Assembly: GCA_965225785.1 (NCBI GenBank)
Contig: CBDDBV010000022.1
Location: 44,803-108,802 of the forward strand
Direction: 5' to 3'
Source of the DNA: Bryobacteraceae bacterium
GTDB lineage: Bacteria > Acidobacteriota > Terriglobia > Bryobacterales > Bryobacteraceae
Length of the DNA: 64,000 nucleotides
Below the pieces are notes generated by a model. It saw only the letters and a program-made list of their open reading frames with translations, was not told the origin of the DNA and searched no databases. Of the stretch, positions 29,789 through 39,059 are shown piece after piece (position 1 is the first letter of the stretch; each line of letters opens with the position of its first letter). Made by a program: the position numbers and the translations under genes.

Positions 29789-30217
29789 ATGGACACCCGC
29801 CGGAAGATTCTTACCGCAGACCAGGCCACCGAGCGAGCCGCCGCCCTTCGCGCCGAGGGCGTCGCTTACAAAGCCGTCACCGGCCACTTCGACATCCTGC
29901 AGGCGTCCATGGTGCGCAACTTGCAGAAATTATGCGCGCCCGGTACGCGCCTCTTCGCGATTGTGTTGGATCCGGAACATCCTGTAACCACCGCCGCCGC
30001 GCGTCTGGAACTCGCCGCTTCGCTTCGGGTGATAGACTACGTGGTTCATTGCGTAACCGGCCCCGGGGATCTCGTCCGCCAACTGCAGCCAGCGGAGTGG
30101 ATTCGTGAAGAAGTCGCTCACATTGCCAGCACGGAACGGCTCATCCAACACGTCCTCGAACGGCATGGCCGGGCTGTCTCCGTTGGAGCGGCCGTCTCCC
30201 GCGAGGTCTCCCATTAG
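29789..30217 (+). CDS. degenerate RfaE2/HldE-like adenylyltransferase-fold protein
   Basis: VTGHFDILQAS (canonical TNGCFDILHxGH), RLELAASLRVIDYVV and STERLI; lies between two heptosyltransferases. Confidence 0.65.
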   Translation: MDTRRKILTADQATERAAALRAEGVAYKAVTGHFDILQASMVRNLQKLCAPGTRLFAIVLDPEHPVTTAAARLELAASLRVIDYVVHCVTGPGDLVRQLQPAEWIREEVAHIASTERLIQHVLERHGRAVSVGAAVSREVSH

Positions 30218-31184
30218 TTCCGGCATCCTGATCGTCCGCCTCGGCGCGATGGGCGATATCCTGCACGCGCTTCCCGCCGCCGCGTCTCTGAAGCACAGCT
30301 TCCCTTCAGCCCCGCTCACCTGGGTGGTCGAAAATACCTGGGCGCCGCTGCTGCAGCACAACTCCTTCATCGACCGCGTCATCTGCCTGGATCGCCGCCA
30401 TCCCGCCACCTGGATGCGCACCCTGCGGGAACTACGCGAGCAGCGCTTTTCACTTGCGATGGATCTGCAGGGCCTCTTCAAATCCGCTCTCACCGCCTCA
30501 CTCGCCCGGCCCGAACGCATCATCGGGTATGACCGCCGCCTGGTGCGCGAACGCATGGCCGCATGGTTCTATTCGAATCGTGTTTCCACCGCCGCCGCGC
30601 ATGTGGTGGACCGTCACCTCGATATCGCGGCCGCGGCCGGCGCGGTCAACCTGCTGCGATCTTTCCCGCTGCCCTTGGGTGTCCCCGAAGGCGATCTTCC
30701 CGATGGGCGATTCGTTCTCGCCAGCCCGTTCGCCGGATGGAAAAGCAAGCAGTGGCCGCTCGAGTACTTCGCCCGCACCGCGCATGAGCTCCGCGAACGC
30801 TGGGACATTCCGCTGGTCCTCAACGGTCCGCCGTCCGATCGCGAAGCTCTGAAGCAGGTCCCCGGCGTGCATGTTCATGTGAGCAGCATCGCGGGCCTCA
30901 TCGATGCCACGCGCCGCGCCACCGCCGTCATCGGCGTCGATTCCGGACCCATGCATCTGGCCGCGGCGCTAGCCAAACCCGGCGTCGCCATCTTCGGACC
31001 TACCGATCCCAAGCGCAACGGACCTTACGGAGGGACGATGCGCGTCCTGAGCAGCCCGCGCGCGCCCGAGGTTCTCGCGCGCGGCGATTACCAGCGCGGC
31101 GCCATCATCGACGTCAGCATGCGCGACGTCCGCCCCGAACAGGTTCTCGACGCGTTGGAGCCGTTCCTTTCGCGCGCGCGCTGA
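30165..31184 (+). CDS. waaC: LPS heptosyltransferase I-like (GT9)
   Basis: IVRLGAMGDILHALP, DLQGLFKSA, SKQWP, GVDSGPMHLAAA and FGPTDP motifs. Confidence 0.8.
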   Translation: MAGLSPLERPSPARSPISSGILIVRLGAMGDILHALPAAASLKHSFPSAPLTWVVENTWAPLLQHNSFIDRVICLDRRHPATWMRTLRELREQRFSLAMDLQGLFKSALTASLARPERIIGYDRRLVRERMAAWFYSNRVSTAAAHVVDRHLDIAAAAGAVNLLRSFPLPLGVPEGDLPDGRFVLASPFAGWKSKQWPLEYFARTAHELRERWDIPLVLNGPPSDREALKQVPGVHVHVSSIAGLIDATRRATAVIGVDSGPMHLAAALAKPGVAIFGPTDPKRNGPYGGTMRVLSSPRAPEVLARGDYQRGAIIDVSMRDVRPEQVLDALEPFLSRAR

Positions 31185-31738
31185 TGCACCGGTACTGGTT
31201 CCCGAAGCGCTATGCCGACCAGGTGGCGCGCATGCGCGTGCCTTCCGGTTTCCTTCTGGTGGCCGCCTTTGCGTGGTTCTCTCACCCATCCCGCGCTTCC
31301 CTCCTGGCCGGCGTCCCGGTATCCCTACTCGGCCTGATGCTGCGCGCCTGGTCCGCCGGACATCTCGCGAAAAACCAACAACTCGCGCAATCCGGACCCT
31401 ACGCCTTCACCCGCAACCCGCTCTATCTCGGCACCCTCCTGGTGGCCTGCGGTCTGGTCATCGCCGGCCGCGGCATTCCTCTCGCGATCACTTTCGGGCT
31501 GGTATTCGTATTTGTTTATCTGCCCGTCATCGAACTCGAAGAGCAGCATCTGCGCAGCTTGTTTCCCGATTACGAAACATACGCCCAGCGCGTCCCGAAG
31601 CTGGTTGGCTTTTCAAAGCGCAGCGCTGCCGGCAACCGGTTTGCCATGTCCCGCTACCGCAAGAACCGCGAGTACGAAGCTCTGGCCGGTTATCTCGCCG
31701 GACTCGCGTTCCTTATCGGCAAGTTTCTGTGGCGATGA
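31184..31738 (+). CDS. isoprenylcysteine carboxylmethyltransferase/PEMT-like membrane methyltransferase
   Basis: LAQSGPYAFTRNPLYLG and EEQHL..LFP.YETY..RVP motifs. Confidence 0.85.
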   Translation: MHRYWFPKRYADQVARMRVPSGFLLVAAFAWFSHPSRASLLAGVPVSLLGLMLRAWSAGHLAKNQQLAQSGPYAFTRNPLYLGTLLVACGLVIAGRGIPLAITFGLVFVFVYLPVIELEEQHLRSLFPDYETYAQRVPKLVGFSKRSAAGNRFAMSRYRKNREYEALAGYLAGLAFLIGKFLWR

Positions 31739-32472
31739 ATCCGATGAATCTGATGGATCTATCGGTGGTGCTCGTCTCGCCCCGCAACCCGCTGAACATC
31801 GGGGCCGCCGCGCGCGCCATGAGCAACTTCGGATTCTCCGATCTGCGCGTCGTCAACCCCTACGAAAAAGCGTTTCGCGAGGCCGTCAGCGCGGTGGGAG
31901 GAGCGCCTGTGCTGCAATCCGCGCGCGTCTTTCAAACCGTCGCCGAAGCCGTTGCGGATTGCTCGCTCGCGATCGGCACCACGTCCATCGGCCATCGCGA
32001 ACTCCAGCATCCCCTGCATCGCCTGGAAGCCGCGTCTCCACTGTTGCGCGCCCACTTGCAAACCGCCAAAGCCGCGCTGCTCTTCGGTTCCGAAAAGTTC
32101 GGCCTCTCGAATGAGGACCTGAGCTTCTGCCACTGGCTCATCCGCATCCCGACCACGCCCGCCACGCCATCGATGAACCTCGGCCAGTCCGTCGCCGTCT
32201 GCCTCTACGAACTGATCCGCGACTCCGCCGCCTTGGCCGCGCCGCGAGTCCGCCGTCCCATCAGCGGTTCCGACGCCGAGCAACTCACGCGCATGCTGAT
32301 CGAAACGCTCGAAGTCAGCGGCTATACCAATCGCATCGTGGCCGTTTCCACCGAGCAGAAGATCCGCCGCTTTCTGCGCCGCCTGCATCTGGAACAGCGC
32401 GACGCGCGCCTGGTGCTCGGCATCCTTCGCCAGGTGCTTTGGAAGATGGAAGGCAATGCGCCGCGGGAGTAA
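31735..32472 (+). CDS. trmJ: TrmJ/TrmH (SPOUT) RNA methyltransferase
   Basis: NIGAAARAMSNFG, LFGSEKFGLSNE and SMNLGQSV motifs. Confidence 0.88.
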   Translation: MNPMNLMDLSVVLVSPRNPLNIGAAARAMSNFGFSDLRVVNPYEKAFREAVSAVGGAPVLQSARVFQTVAEAVADCSLAIGTTSIGHRELQHPLHRLEAASPLLRAHLQTAKAALLFGSEKFGLSNEDLSFCHWLIRIPTTPATPSMNLGQSVAVCLYELIRDSAALAAPRVRRPISGSDAEQLTRMLIETLEVSGYTNRIVAVSTEQKIRRFLRRLHLEQRDARLVLGILRQVLWKMEGNAPRE

Positions 32473-32494
32473 CTAAAATGGTAGTTACCCCGCA

Positions 32495-34441
32495 ATGATC
32501 CAACTCACCGGCGCCGGCAAGCGCTTCGGCCCGAAGATTCTGTTTGAAGAGCTGGATTGGCTCATCACGCCGCGCGAACGTGTCGGTATCGTCGGCGCCA
32601 ACGGCACCGGCAAATCCACGCTGCTCAAATGCCTCGCCCGCATCGAGTCGCTCGATTACGGCTCCATCACGTTCGCCAAAGGCATCACCGCCGGTTATCT
32701 TCCGCAGGACGGCCTGTCGCTTTCCGGCCGCAGCGTCTTCGGCGAGTGCATGTCGGTTTTTGACGAAGTCTTTGCGCTCGAAGACGAACAGGAAGCGCTC
32801 ACCCGCCGCTTGGCCGAGCTCGATCACGAAAGCCTCGAATACCGGCAAGTGGCCGAGCGTTTTCACCAATCCCAATCCGAGTTTCAGGCCCACGATGGCT
32901 ACACCATCGAAGCGCAGGTAGGCGCCGTTCTCACCGGTCTCGGCTTTTCCCGTGACGATTGGAAGCGCCGCACCGAGGAATTCTCCGGCGGTTGGCAGAT
33001 GCGCATCGCGCTCGCCAAGCTGCTGCTCGCCAAGCCCAACCTGCTCCTGCTCGATGAGCCCACCAACCATCTCGATCTGGAAGCGCGCGACTGGCTCGAA
33101 AGTTATCTGGCCGATTACCCGCACGCCTTCGTGCTCATCTCCCACGACCGTTTCTTTCTCGATCAAACCGTCAGCCGCATCACCGAACTTTGGAACAAGC
33201 GCGTCCACTTCTACGCCGGCAACTACACCAAGTACGAAGGCCTTCGCATGGAGCGCCGCGCCCAGCTCGAAGCGGCTTATAAGAACCAGCGGGAAAAAAT
33301 TGAACAGCTTGAACTCTTCATCAATCGCTTCCGCGCGCAGGCCACCAAGGCCAAACAGGTTCAGAGCCGCATCAAGGAGCTGGAGCGCATCGAACGCATT
33401 GAAATTCCGCCCGATGAGAAAACCATTCACTTCTCGTTTCCGCAGCCCAAGCCGAGCGGCCGCGTCGTGGCCGAACTGAAGAATGTTTCCAAGGATTACG
33501 GTCCCAAGCACGTCTTCCACGGAGCATCGTTCCTGATCGAGCGCGGTGACCGCGTGGTCTTGAGCGGCGTCAACGGCGCTGGAAAATCCACCATGATCAA
33601 GATCCTCGCCGGCGCCGAACCGGTCAGCACCGGCGAGTACATCATCGGTCACAATGTCGAGCCGGATTACTTCGCGCAGGATCAGTATAAGGAGCTCAAT
33701 CCGGAAGCGCGCATGATCGACGATCTCGCCGAAATTGCGCCGCGCGCCGGCCAGACCCAGCTCCGCACCATCCTCGGTTCCTTTCTCTTCTCTGAAGACG
33801 ACGTGTTCAAGCAGATCGGTGTTCTTTCCGGCGGCGAGCGCAATCGCTACGCGCTCGCCCGCATGCTGATGAACCCGAGCAATTTTTTGTTGCTCGATGA
33901 GCCCACCAACCACCTGGACATGCGCGCGAAAGATGTCCTGCTCGACGCTCTGCGGAAGTTCGATGGCACCGTGGTCTTCGTCTCGCACGATCGCTACTTC
34001 CTGGAGCAGCTCGCCACGCGCGTGATCGAAGTCGGCGGCGGTGAAGTCCACTCATTTCCCGGTTCGTATCAGGAGTTTCTTGCCGGCCGCAATGGCACGG
34101 GCCACGCGGCGGTTAACGGAACGGCGCCGGCCAGGATCGCAAAGGAACTTGAGCCTGCTCCCGTGGAAGTCTCCGCCGAAGCCGCCACGCCCGCCGCGTC
34201 GAAAGCCGGCCGCCTCAACCCCATCAAACTCCGCCGCATCAAAGAGCGCCGCCGCGAGATAGAAGACGAGGTCACGCGCCTCGAAGTTGAAATCGCCGAA
34301 TATGAGCGCGAACTGGCCGATTACAAAAGCGCCGCCCACACCATCGAAGTGAATGATCTGTTGACCAGCCGCCGCTCGGATCTCGACGCTCTGATGACGG
34401 AATGGGAACAGGTGGTCGAAACCATCGAGAGCAACGCCTGA
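32495..34441 (+). CDS. ABC-F family ATPase (Uup/YheS-like)
   Basis: Two Walker A motifs (GANGTGKST, GVNGAGKST), FSGGWQMR/LSGGE, LLDEPTNHLD twice, no TM segments, coiled-coil tail. Confidence 0.93.
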   Translation: MIQLTGAGKRFGPKILFEELDWLITPRERVGIVGANGTGKSTLLKCLARIESLDYGSITFAKGITAGYLPQDGLSLSGRSVFGECMSVFDEVFALEDEQEALTRRLAELDHESLEYRQVAERFHQSQSEFQAHDGYTIEAQVGAVLTGLGFSRDDWKRRTEEFSGGWQMRIALAKLLLAKPNLLLLDEPTNHLDLEARDWLESYLADYPHAFVLISHDRFFLDQTVSRITELWNKRVHFYAGNYTKYEGLRMERRAQLEAAYKNQREKIEQLELFINRFRAQATKAKQVQSRIKELERIERIEIPPDEKTIHFSFPQPKPSGRVVAELKNVSKDYGPKHVFHGASFLIERGDRVVLSGVNGAGKSTMIKILAGAEPVSTGEYIIGHNVEPDYFAQDQYKELNPEARMIDDLAEIAPRAGQTQLRTILGSFLFSEDDVFKQIGVLSGGERNRYALARMLMNPSNFLLLDEPTNHLDMRAKDVLLDALRKFDGTVVFVSHDRYFLEQLATRVIEVGGGEVHSFPGSYQEFLAGRNGTGHAAVNGTAPARIAKELEPAPVEVSAEAATPAASKAGRLNPIKLRRIKERRREIEDEVTRLEVEIAEYERELADYKSAAHTIEVNDLLTSRRSDLDALMTEWEQVVETIESNA

Positions 34442-34467
34442 CCGTTGTTATAGAATTCGACTAAACC

Positions 34468-36030
34468 GTGTCCTTCAAATCCCTCTGTGCATTTGGTTCT
34501 CTGATTCTGGCCGGATCGCTCTTGCTGCATGCCGATTGGCCCACCTTCGGCGGCGATCCGCAGCGCACCGGGTCGAACAAGTCGGAAGACTCGTTTACCA
34601 AAGACAACGCTCACAACATCGCGCTCGAATGGAAGATCAAGCTCGACAATCAGTCGAAGCAGTTGAACTCGCTCACCGCGCCGGTGGTGATGGAAGGCGT
34701 CATCACCCCGAAAGGCTTCAAGGAGTTCGTGATCGCCGGGGGAGCTTCCGACATGCTGTTCGCGGTGGACGCGGATACCGGCAAGCTGGTTTGGAAGAAG
34801 CAATTTGAAACCGACAAAACCACCATGCCGAAATCGCCGCCGTTCTGGTTATGTCCGGATGCGTTGAACGCGACCCCGATGGTGAACCATTGGGGCGGCG
34901 GCGCGCTGCCGAACAACACCGTGTTCGCGATCGCGAGCGATGGCAAGTTGCATGCCTTGAACGTAAACAACGGCGAAGATAACCTTGCGCCCACGCAGTT
35001 CACGCCACCCTACTCGAAGAACTGGAGCCTCAACGCCCGCGGCGGCGTCATCTACACCACCGTCTCGCAAGGCTGCGGCGGAGCGAAATCCGGCGTCTAC
35101 GCGATGGATTTCAACACGCCCGCTCATAAGGTCACGTTCATCCCCGCAACCAGCGGCAATGGCGCGGGCATATGGGGACGCGGCGGCGTGGCGATCGGCA
35201 AGGATCGCGCTTTCGCCGAGACCGGCGACGGCGGCTATGACGTCGAGAAAGGCGACTTCGCCGACACCGTCCTCGGCATTTCGCTCGCCGATAAAAAGAT
35301 GGTGGACTATTACACGCCCGCCAATCGCGGCTACATTACGCGTAAAGATCTCGACATGGGCAACATGACGCCCGCCGTCTTCAATTACAAGGGAAAAGAG
35401 TTGGTGGCCGCCGCGGGCAAGGAAGGCGTGATCTATCTGCTCGATGGCGCGCAGTTGGGCGGCGCCGATCATCGCACGCCGCTATTCCGCAGTCCGCTTT
35501 ACGCCAATGAAGAAGGCAATTTCGCCAGCCACGGTTTCTGGGGCGCGTTCGCCACCACGCAGGATGCCGCCGGCGATCGTTGGCTTTTCGCTCCCGCGCT
35601 CGGACCGGTCTCGAGTAAATCGCCCGAATTCAAAATGAAAAACGGCGACGCTCCGGATGGCAGCATCATGGCCTTCAAGGTGGAAGATGTGAATGGCGCT
35701 CCCGCGCTCACGCCCATGTGGGTTTCGCGCGACATGAAAGTTCCCGAGCCGCCCGTCGTCGCCAACGGCGTGGTGTTCGCGCTTTCGAACGGCGAGTTCA
35801 CCGGCCAGGCTAAGGATAGCGGCGGCCTTTATACATCCGAGGAGCGCGCGCAGCTGCACACCGGCAACGCGGTCCTCTACGCGTTCGACGCCGCCACCGG
35901 TAAGGAACTCTTCTCCAGCGGCAAGACCATCGAAAGCTTCACCCATTTCAGCGGCATCGCCGTCGCCAGCGGGCATATCCTGGTCACCACTTACGACAAC
36001 ACGCTGTATTCCTTCGCCGTCAAACAATAA
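34468..36030 (+). CDS. secreted PQQ-binding-like beta-propeller protein
   Basis: WPTFGGDPQRTG, AVDADTGKLVWK and AFDAATGKELFSSG repeats. Confidence 0.85.
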   Translation: MSFKSLCAFGSLILAGSLLLHADWPTFGGDPQRTGSNKSEDSFTKDNAHNIALEWKIKLDNQSKQLNSLTAPVVMEGVITPKGFKEFVIAGGASDMLFAVDADTGKLVWKKQFETDKTTMPKSPPFWLCPDALNATPMVNHWGGGALPNNTVFAIASDGKLHALNVNNGEDNLAPTQFTPPYSKNWSLNARGGVIYTTVSQGCGGAKSGVYAMDFNTPAHKVTFIPATSGNGAGIWGRGGVAIGKDRAFAETGDGGYDVEKGDFADTVLGISLADKKMVDYYTPANRGYITRKDLDMGNMTPAVFNYKGKELVAAAGKEGVIYLLDGAQLGGADHRTPLFRSPLYANEEGNFASHGFWGAFATTQDAAGDRWLFAPALGPVSSKSPEFKMKNGDAPDGSIMAFKVEDVNGAPALTPMWVSRDMKVPEPPVVANGVVFALSNGEFTGQAKDSGGLYTSEERAQLHTGNAVLYAFDAATGKELFSSGKTIESFTHFSGIAVASGHILVTTYDNTLYSFAVKQ

Positions 36031-36957
36031 ATGAATCGTAGAGATTTCCTGGCGAAAGGCGCGGCCGCCGCCATCGCCCTGCAACAACCGCCGCATGCTC
36101 TGTCCGCGGTCAAGAAGGCGACGGCGGCGAAGTCCACCGAGACCAAGCCCCCCGAGCCGAAGCCCGCCGAGCCGAAGCTAAAAGAAGCAGCCGATCGCAT
36201 CGTTCTCGGTCCCCGCAAAATCAGCGTGAGCCGTCTCGCCCTGGGCACCGGAACTAACGCCAACGGCGGCGGTTCCGATCAGACCCGCAAGCTCGGCGTC
36301 ACGGGTTTGGCCGACATGCTCAAATTCGGCTATGACAACGGCATCACCTTCTGGGATTCCGCCGATCAGTACGGGAGCCACCCGCACCTGCGCGAAGCGC
36401 TCAAAAGCGTCAAGCGTGAGAACATCGCCATCCTGACCAAGACCAGCGTTTCGACGGCGCCCGAAATGAAAGCCGCGCTCGACCGGTACCGCCGCGAACT
36501 CGATACGGATTACATCGATATCCTTCTGCTTCGCTCCATGGAAGATGCCAATTGGCCGGAGCGCAACAAAGGCGCCATGGACGTGATCGGGGAAGCGCAG
36601 GAGCGCGGCATCGTGCACAGCAAAGGAATTTCCTGCCACAGTCTGGAAGCGTTAAAAACCGCCGCTGCGGACAAGTGGTCGGAAGTGAACATGGCCCGCA
36701 TCAACCCCGCTCAAGTCGCCATGGACGCCGAACCGCCGGTGGTTCTCGGCGTCCTCAAGCAGATGAAATCCGCGGGGAAAGGTGTGGTCGGAATGAAGAT
36801 CCTGGGCGCCGGCAAGCTGCGGGGAAAAGTCGATGAATGCCTGCGGTACGCGCTCGTCCACAGCGCCTCCATCGACTGCTTCACCATCGGCGCGGAAAGC
36901 CCGGCCGAACTGGCCGACCTCATCCGCCGCATTCCCGCCGATGGCGTGCACGCATAA
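36031..36957 (+). CDS. Tat-signal aldo/keto reductase
   Basis: MNRRDFL twin-arginine signal; VSRLALGT, FWDSADQYG, ILTK, YIDILLL, KGISCH and GMKILGAG motifs. Confidence 0.88.
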   Translation: MNRRDFLAKGAAAAIALQQPPHALSAVKKATAAKSTETKPPEPKPAEPKLKEAADRIVLGPRKISVSRLALGTGTNANGGGSDQTRKLGVTGLADMLKFGYDNGITFWDSADQYGSHPHLREALKSVKRENIAILTKTSVSTAPEMKAALDRYRRELDTDYIDILLLRSMEDANWPERNKGAMDVIGEAQERGIVHSKGISCHSLEALKTAAADKWSEVNMARINPAQVAMDAEPPVVLGVLKQMKSAGKGVVGMKILGAGKLRGKVDECLRYALVHSASIDCFTIGAESPAELADLIRRIPADGVHA

Positions 36958-36959
36958 CT

Positions 36960-38324
36960 CTACGGATTGCTGATCGCCGGGTATCGCGTCACCGTATAGT
37001 TCACCAGTTGCATCGTGTCCCTCCCGGCCGCGCTCATCGCCGCCTGGAAGTCGATGGTGATCGGTCCCTCATTCGAGTCCCGCGCCGTCACAAAGAATGG
37101 CAGCGAAGCCAGAATAGTTCCGAAGCTCGCGCCCGATATTTCCGTGCTCACGCTCGTAACCGACGCGTCGGCTTTGGCTGAGATCCTCGCGTCGGCCGCG
37201 CCGCCCTTGCGCTGAACAGCCGTCGTCGCGCCCCACACCACCGCGTAGGTAAACCCATTCAACTTTCCGTTGTGGGCGAACAGGCTTTGAATTTCGACCC
37301 GGTCTCCCGACGCCAGCGATTTCGCCGGAATCGTGCACGTGCCTAAGCTCGTCATCCGGATGGCGTTCGTTTGCGTGCCCGTCGCACTGCAAATCACCTG
37401 AATGTTTGCACTCGACCGTGCGAGCGATTTGCCTGCCGCATCCGCTCGCGCCACTTCCGGCGAGAGCTGCGATGCGATCGACGGCGTCCGGTACCACGCC
37501 AGTAACGTGTCTCCCGGCTGCGGCCCCGCTCCCGCGTTGAACTGAATCGACGACCCCGTCAGCGCATAATCGAACCCCTGCATCTGCGCGATTCCGTTCC
37601 GAAACAGAATCAGCGATTTCGCCGGCGTCGGCAGCCCGGCTAAGCCGAACGTTGTGTTTGACCCGTCCACCACCCCTGACGGCGATTCACCGTCCGAATA
37701 ATTCGGTAGCTGCGTCGCATCGAAGCACGGCCCCGAAGTCCCGCTCACATAAACGCAGTCAGTGGAATTTCCCACCGCCGTATCCAGATCGCCGTTCGCG
37801 TCCACGATCGCCACCCGGCCGGTTCCATATGCCGGACCCTTCAGTGGCCGCGCCGACAAGTCCGATACCAGGCCCGTCACGTTCGATTCGCTCACCGGAC
37901 CCGACCCTCCGCCGCCGGAGCTCACACCGCCGCCGCCAACTCCACCGCCGCCACTCACGAAGCTCGTCCGAATATCGACTAAACGCAGGGGAGACGTGCT
38001 CGGCGGCACCATCCACATTTCCTGCCACTGATTCATGCCGTCGCTCGAATACGTCACCGCATAAGGCACGCTGGGCGTAGCCGTCGTATTCGGCACAAGT
38101 TGCACGTACAGACTTCCCGCCACAATGGGCACGCTGACGCTTCCACCGTTGACGTTGGTCCCATCCGCCGCCTGAAACGTGTTCCACGTAATCACCGCGG
38201 TGGCATTCAGCAGCGTGCCGTTCGCCTCAAAAAGCGTATCTTGAATCGTTGTCAGCGCGGGGCTTTGGCCGTACGCACCCGCCGCGACTAATACTGAAAC
38301 GGCCAATAAACGGCCAATAAACAT
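36960..38324 (-). CDS. secreted hypothetical protein with phage-tail-like beta modules
   Basis: Signal peptide; Gly-rich linker; 'ESPSGVVDGSNTTF.L...P...LILFRNG..Q..GFDY' module; GGAGG RBS. Confidence 0.7.
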   Translation of the reverse strand: MFIGRLLAVSVLVAAGAYGQSPALTTIQDTLFEANGTLLNATAVITWNTFQAADGTNVNGGSVSVPIVAGSLYVQLVPNTTATPSVPYAVTYSSDGMNQWQEMWMVPPSTSPLRLVDIRTSFVSGGGGVGGGGVSSGGGGSGPVSESNVTGLVSDLSARPLKGPAYGTGRVAIVDANGDLDTAVGNSTDCVYVSGTSGPCFDATQLPNYSDGESPSGVVDGSNTTFGLAGLPTPAKSLILFRNGIAQMQGFDYALTGSSIQFNAGAGPQPGDTLLAWYRTPSIASQLSPEVARADAAGKSLARSSANIQVICSATGTQTNAIRMTSLGTCTIPAKSLASGDRVEIQSLFAHNGKLNGFTYAVVWGATTAVQRKGGAADARISAKADASVTSVSTEISGASFGTILASLPFFVTARDSNEGPITIDFQAAMSAAGRDTMQLVNYTVTRYPAISNP

Positions 38325-38468
38325 CCTGACCTCCGGGAAAGCAGGGGATTCCCTGCTGCCCTCAGTCTATTGGCGCATCCTGCTGTTATGGTTCCCCATC
38401 GACGCCGAAACCACGCCTAACCACCCCATAACAAACAACTTATAAGAAACTAGCCCGGCTGTGAACGG

Positions 38469-39059
38469 CTATTCCGTCAGATACAGATGATGGCCGCGAA
38501 TGTAAGCCAGCACCCCTTCCGGCAAGTCAACGTCCTGATCTCCCGCCGCCAGTTTCGTCCGAATCTCCGAGGACGAGACCGGCAGGTTCACCCCATCCAC
38601 CCGCCGCACGCAAGCGTCATTCGGCATCTCGTATCTCGCCCCCGGCCGGCCCACCACCGCGAACGTCACCATCTTCGCCAGGTCACCCCAGCGATGCCAG
38701 CTTCGAATCTCCGCAAACGCATCCGCCCCGATGATGAAGTACAGGACCGCCTCAAAACCCAGTTGCGCCCGCAGCCGCTCCACCGTGCCCACCGAGTAGC
38801 TCTTCTCCGGTCCTGCTTCGATCCGCGATGCCAGGAAAAACGGGTCGCCCGCGCAAGCAATCTCCACCATGCGGAACCGGTCTTCATAATCCGCATATGG
38901 CCCGCTGGTGCGGTGCGGCGGATTTGCTGCGGGGATTACCAGCACCTGCTCCAACCCGCACTCCGCGCCCGCCGCCTTCGCCATCCGCAAGTGTGCGTTA
39001 TGAATCGGGTCGAACGTCCCTCCCAGAATTCCAAGCCTGGTTCTACCCGGAATGCTAAT
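38469..39059 (-). CDS. nadD: nicotinate-nucleotide adenylyltransferase
   Basis: GILGGTFDPIHNAHL, PPHR, FIIGADAF and VSSSEIR motifs. Start codon uncertain (ATT 39059 or ATG 39113). Confidence 0.93.
   Translation of the reverse strand: MSIPGRTRLGILGGTFDPIHNAHLRMAKAAGAECGLEQVLVIPAANPPHRTSGPYADYEDRFRMVEIACAGDPFFLASRIEAGPEKSYSVGTVERLRAQLGFEAVLYFIIGADAFAEIRSWHRWGDLAKMVTFAVVGRPGARYEMPNDACVRRVDGVNLPVSSSEIRTKLAAGDQDVDLPEGVLAYIRGHHLYLTE

Noticed and set aside
32315-34051. 578-aa minus-strand ORF (likewise 4240-5967, 22621-23649, 23680-24858, 27611-28615)
   Set aside because: Antisense open frames typical of high-GC3 genes, here opposite ABC-F, NHL/cinA, pnp and yhaM.
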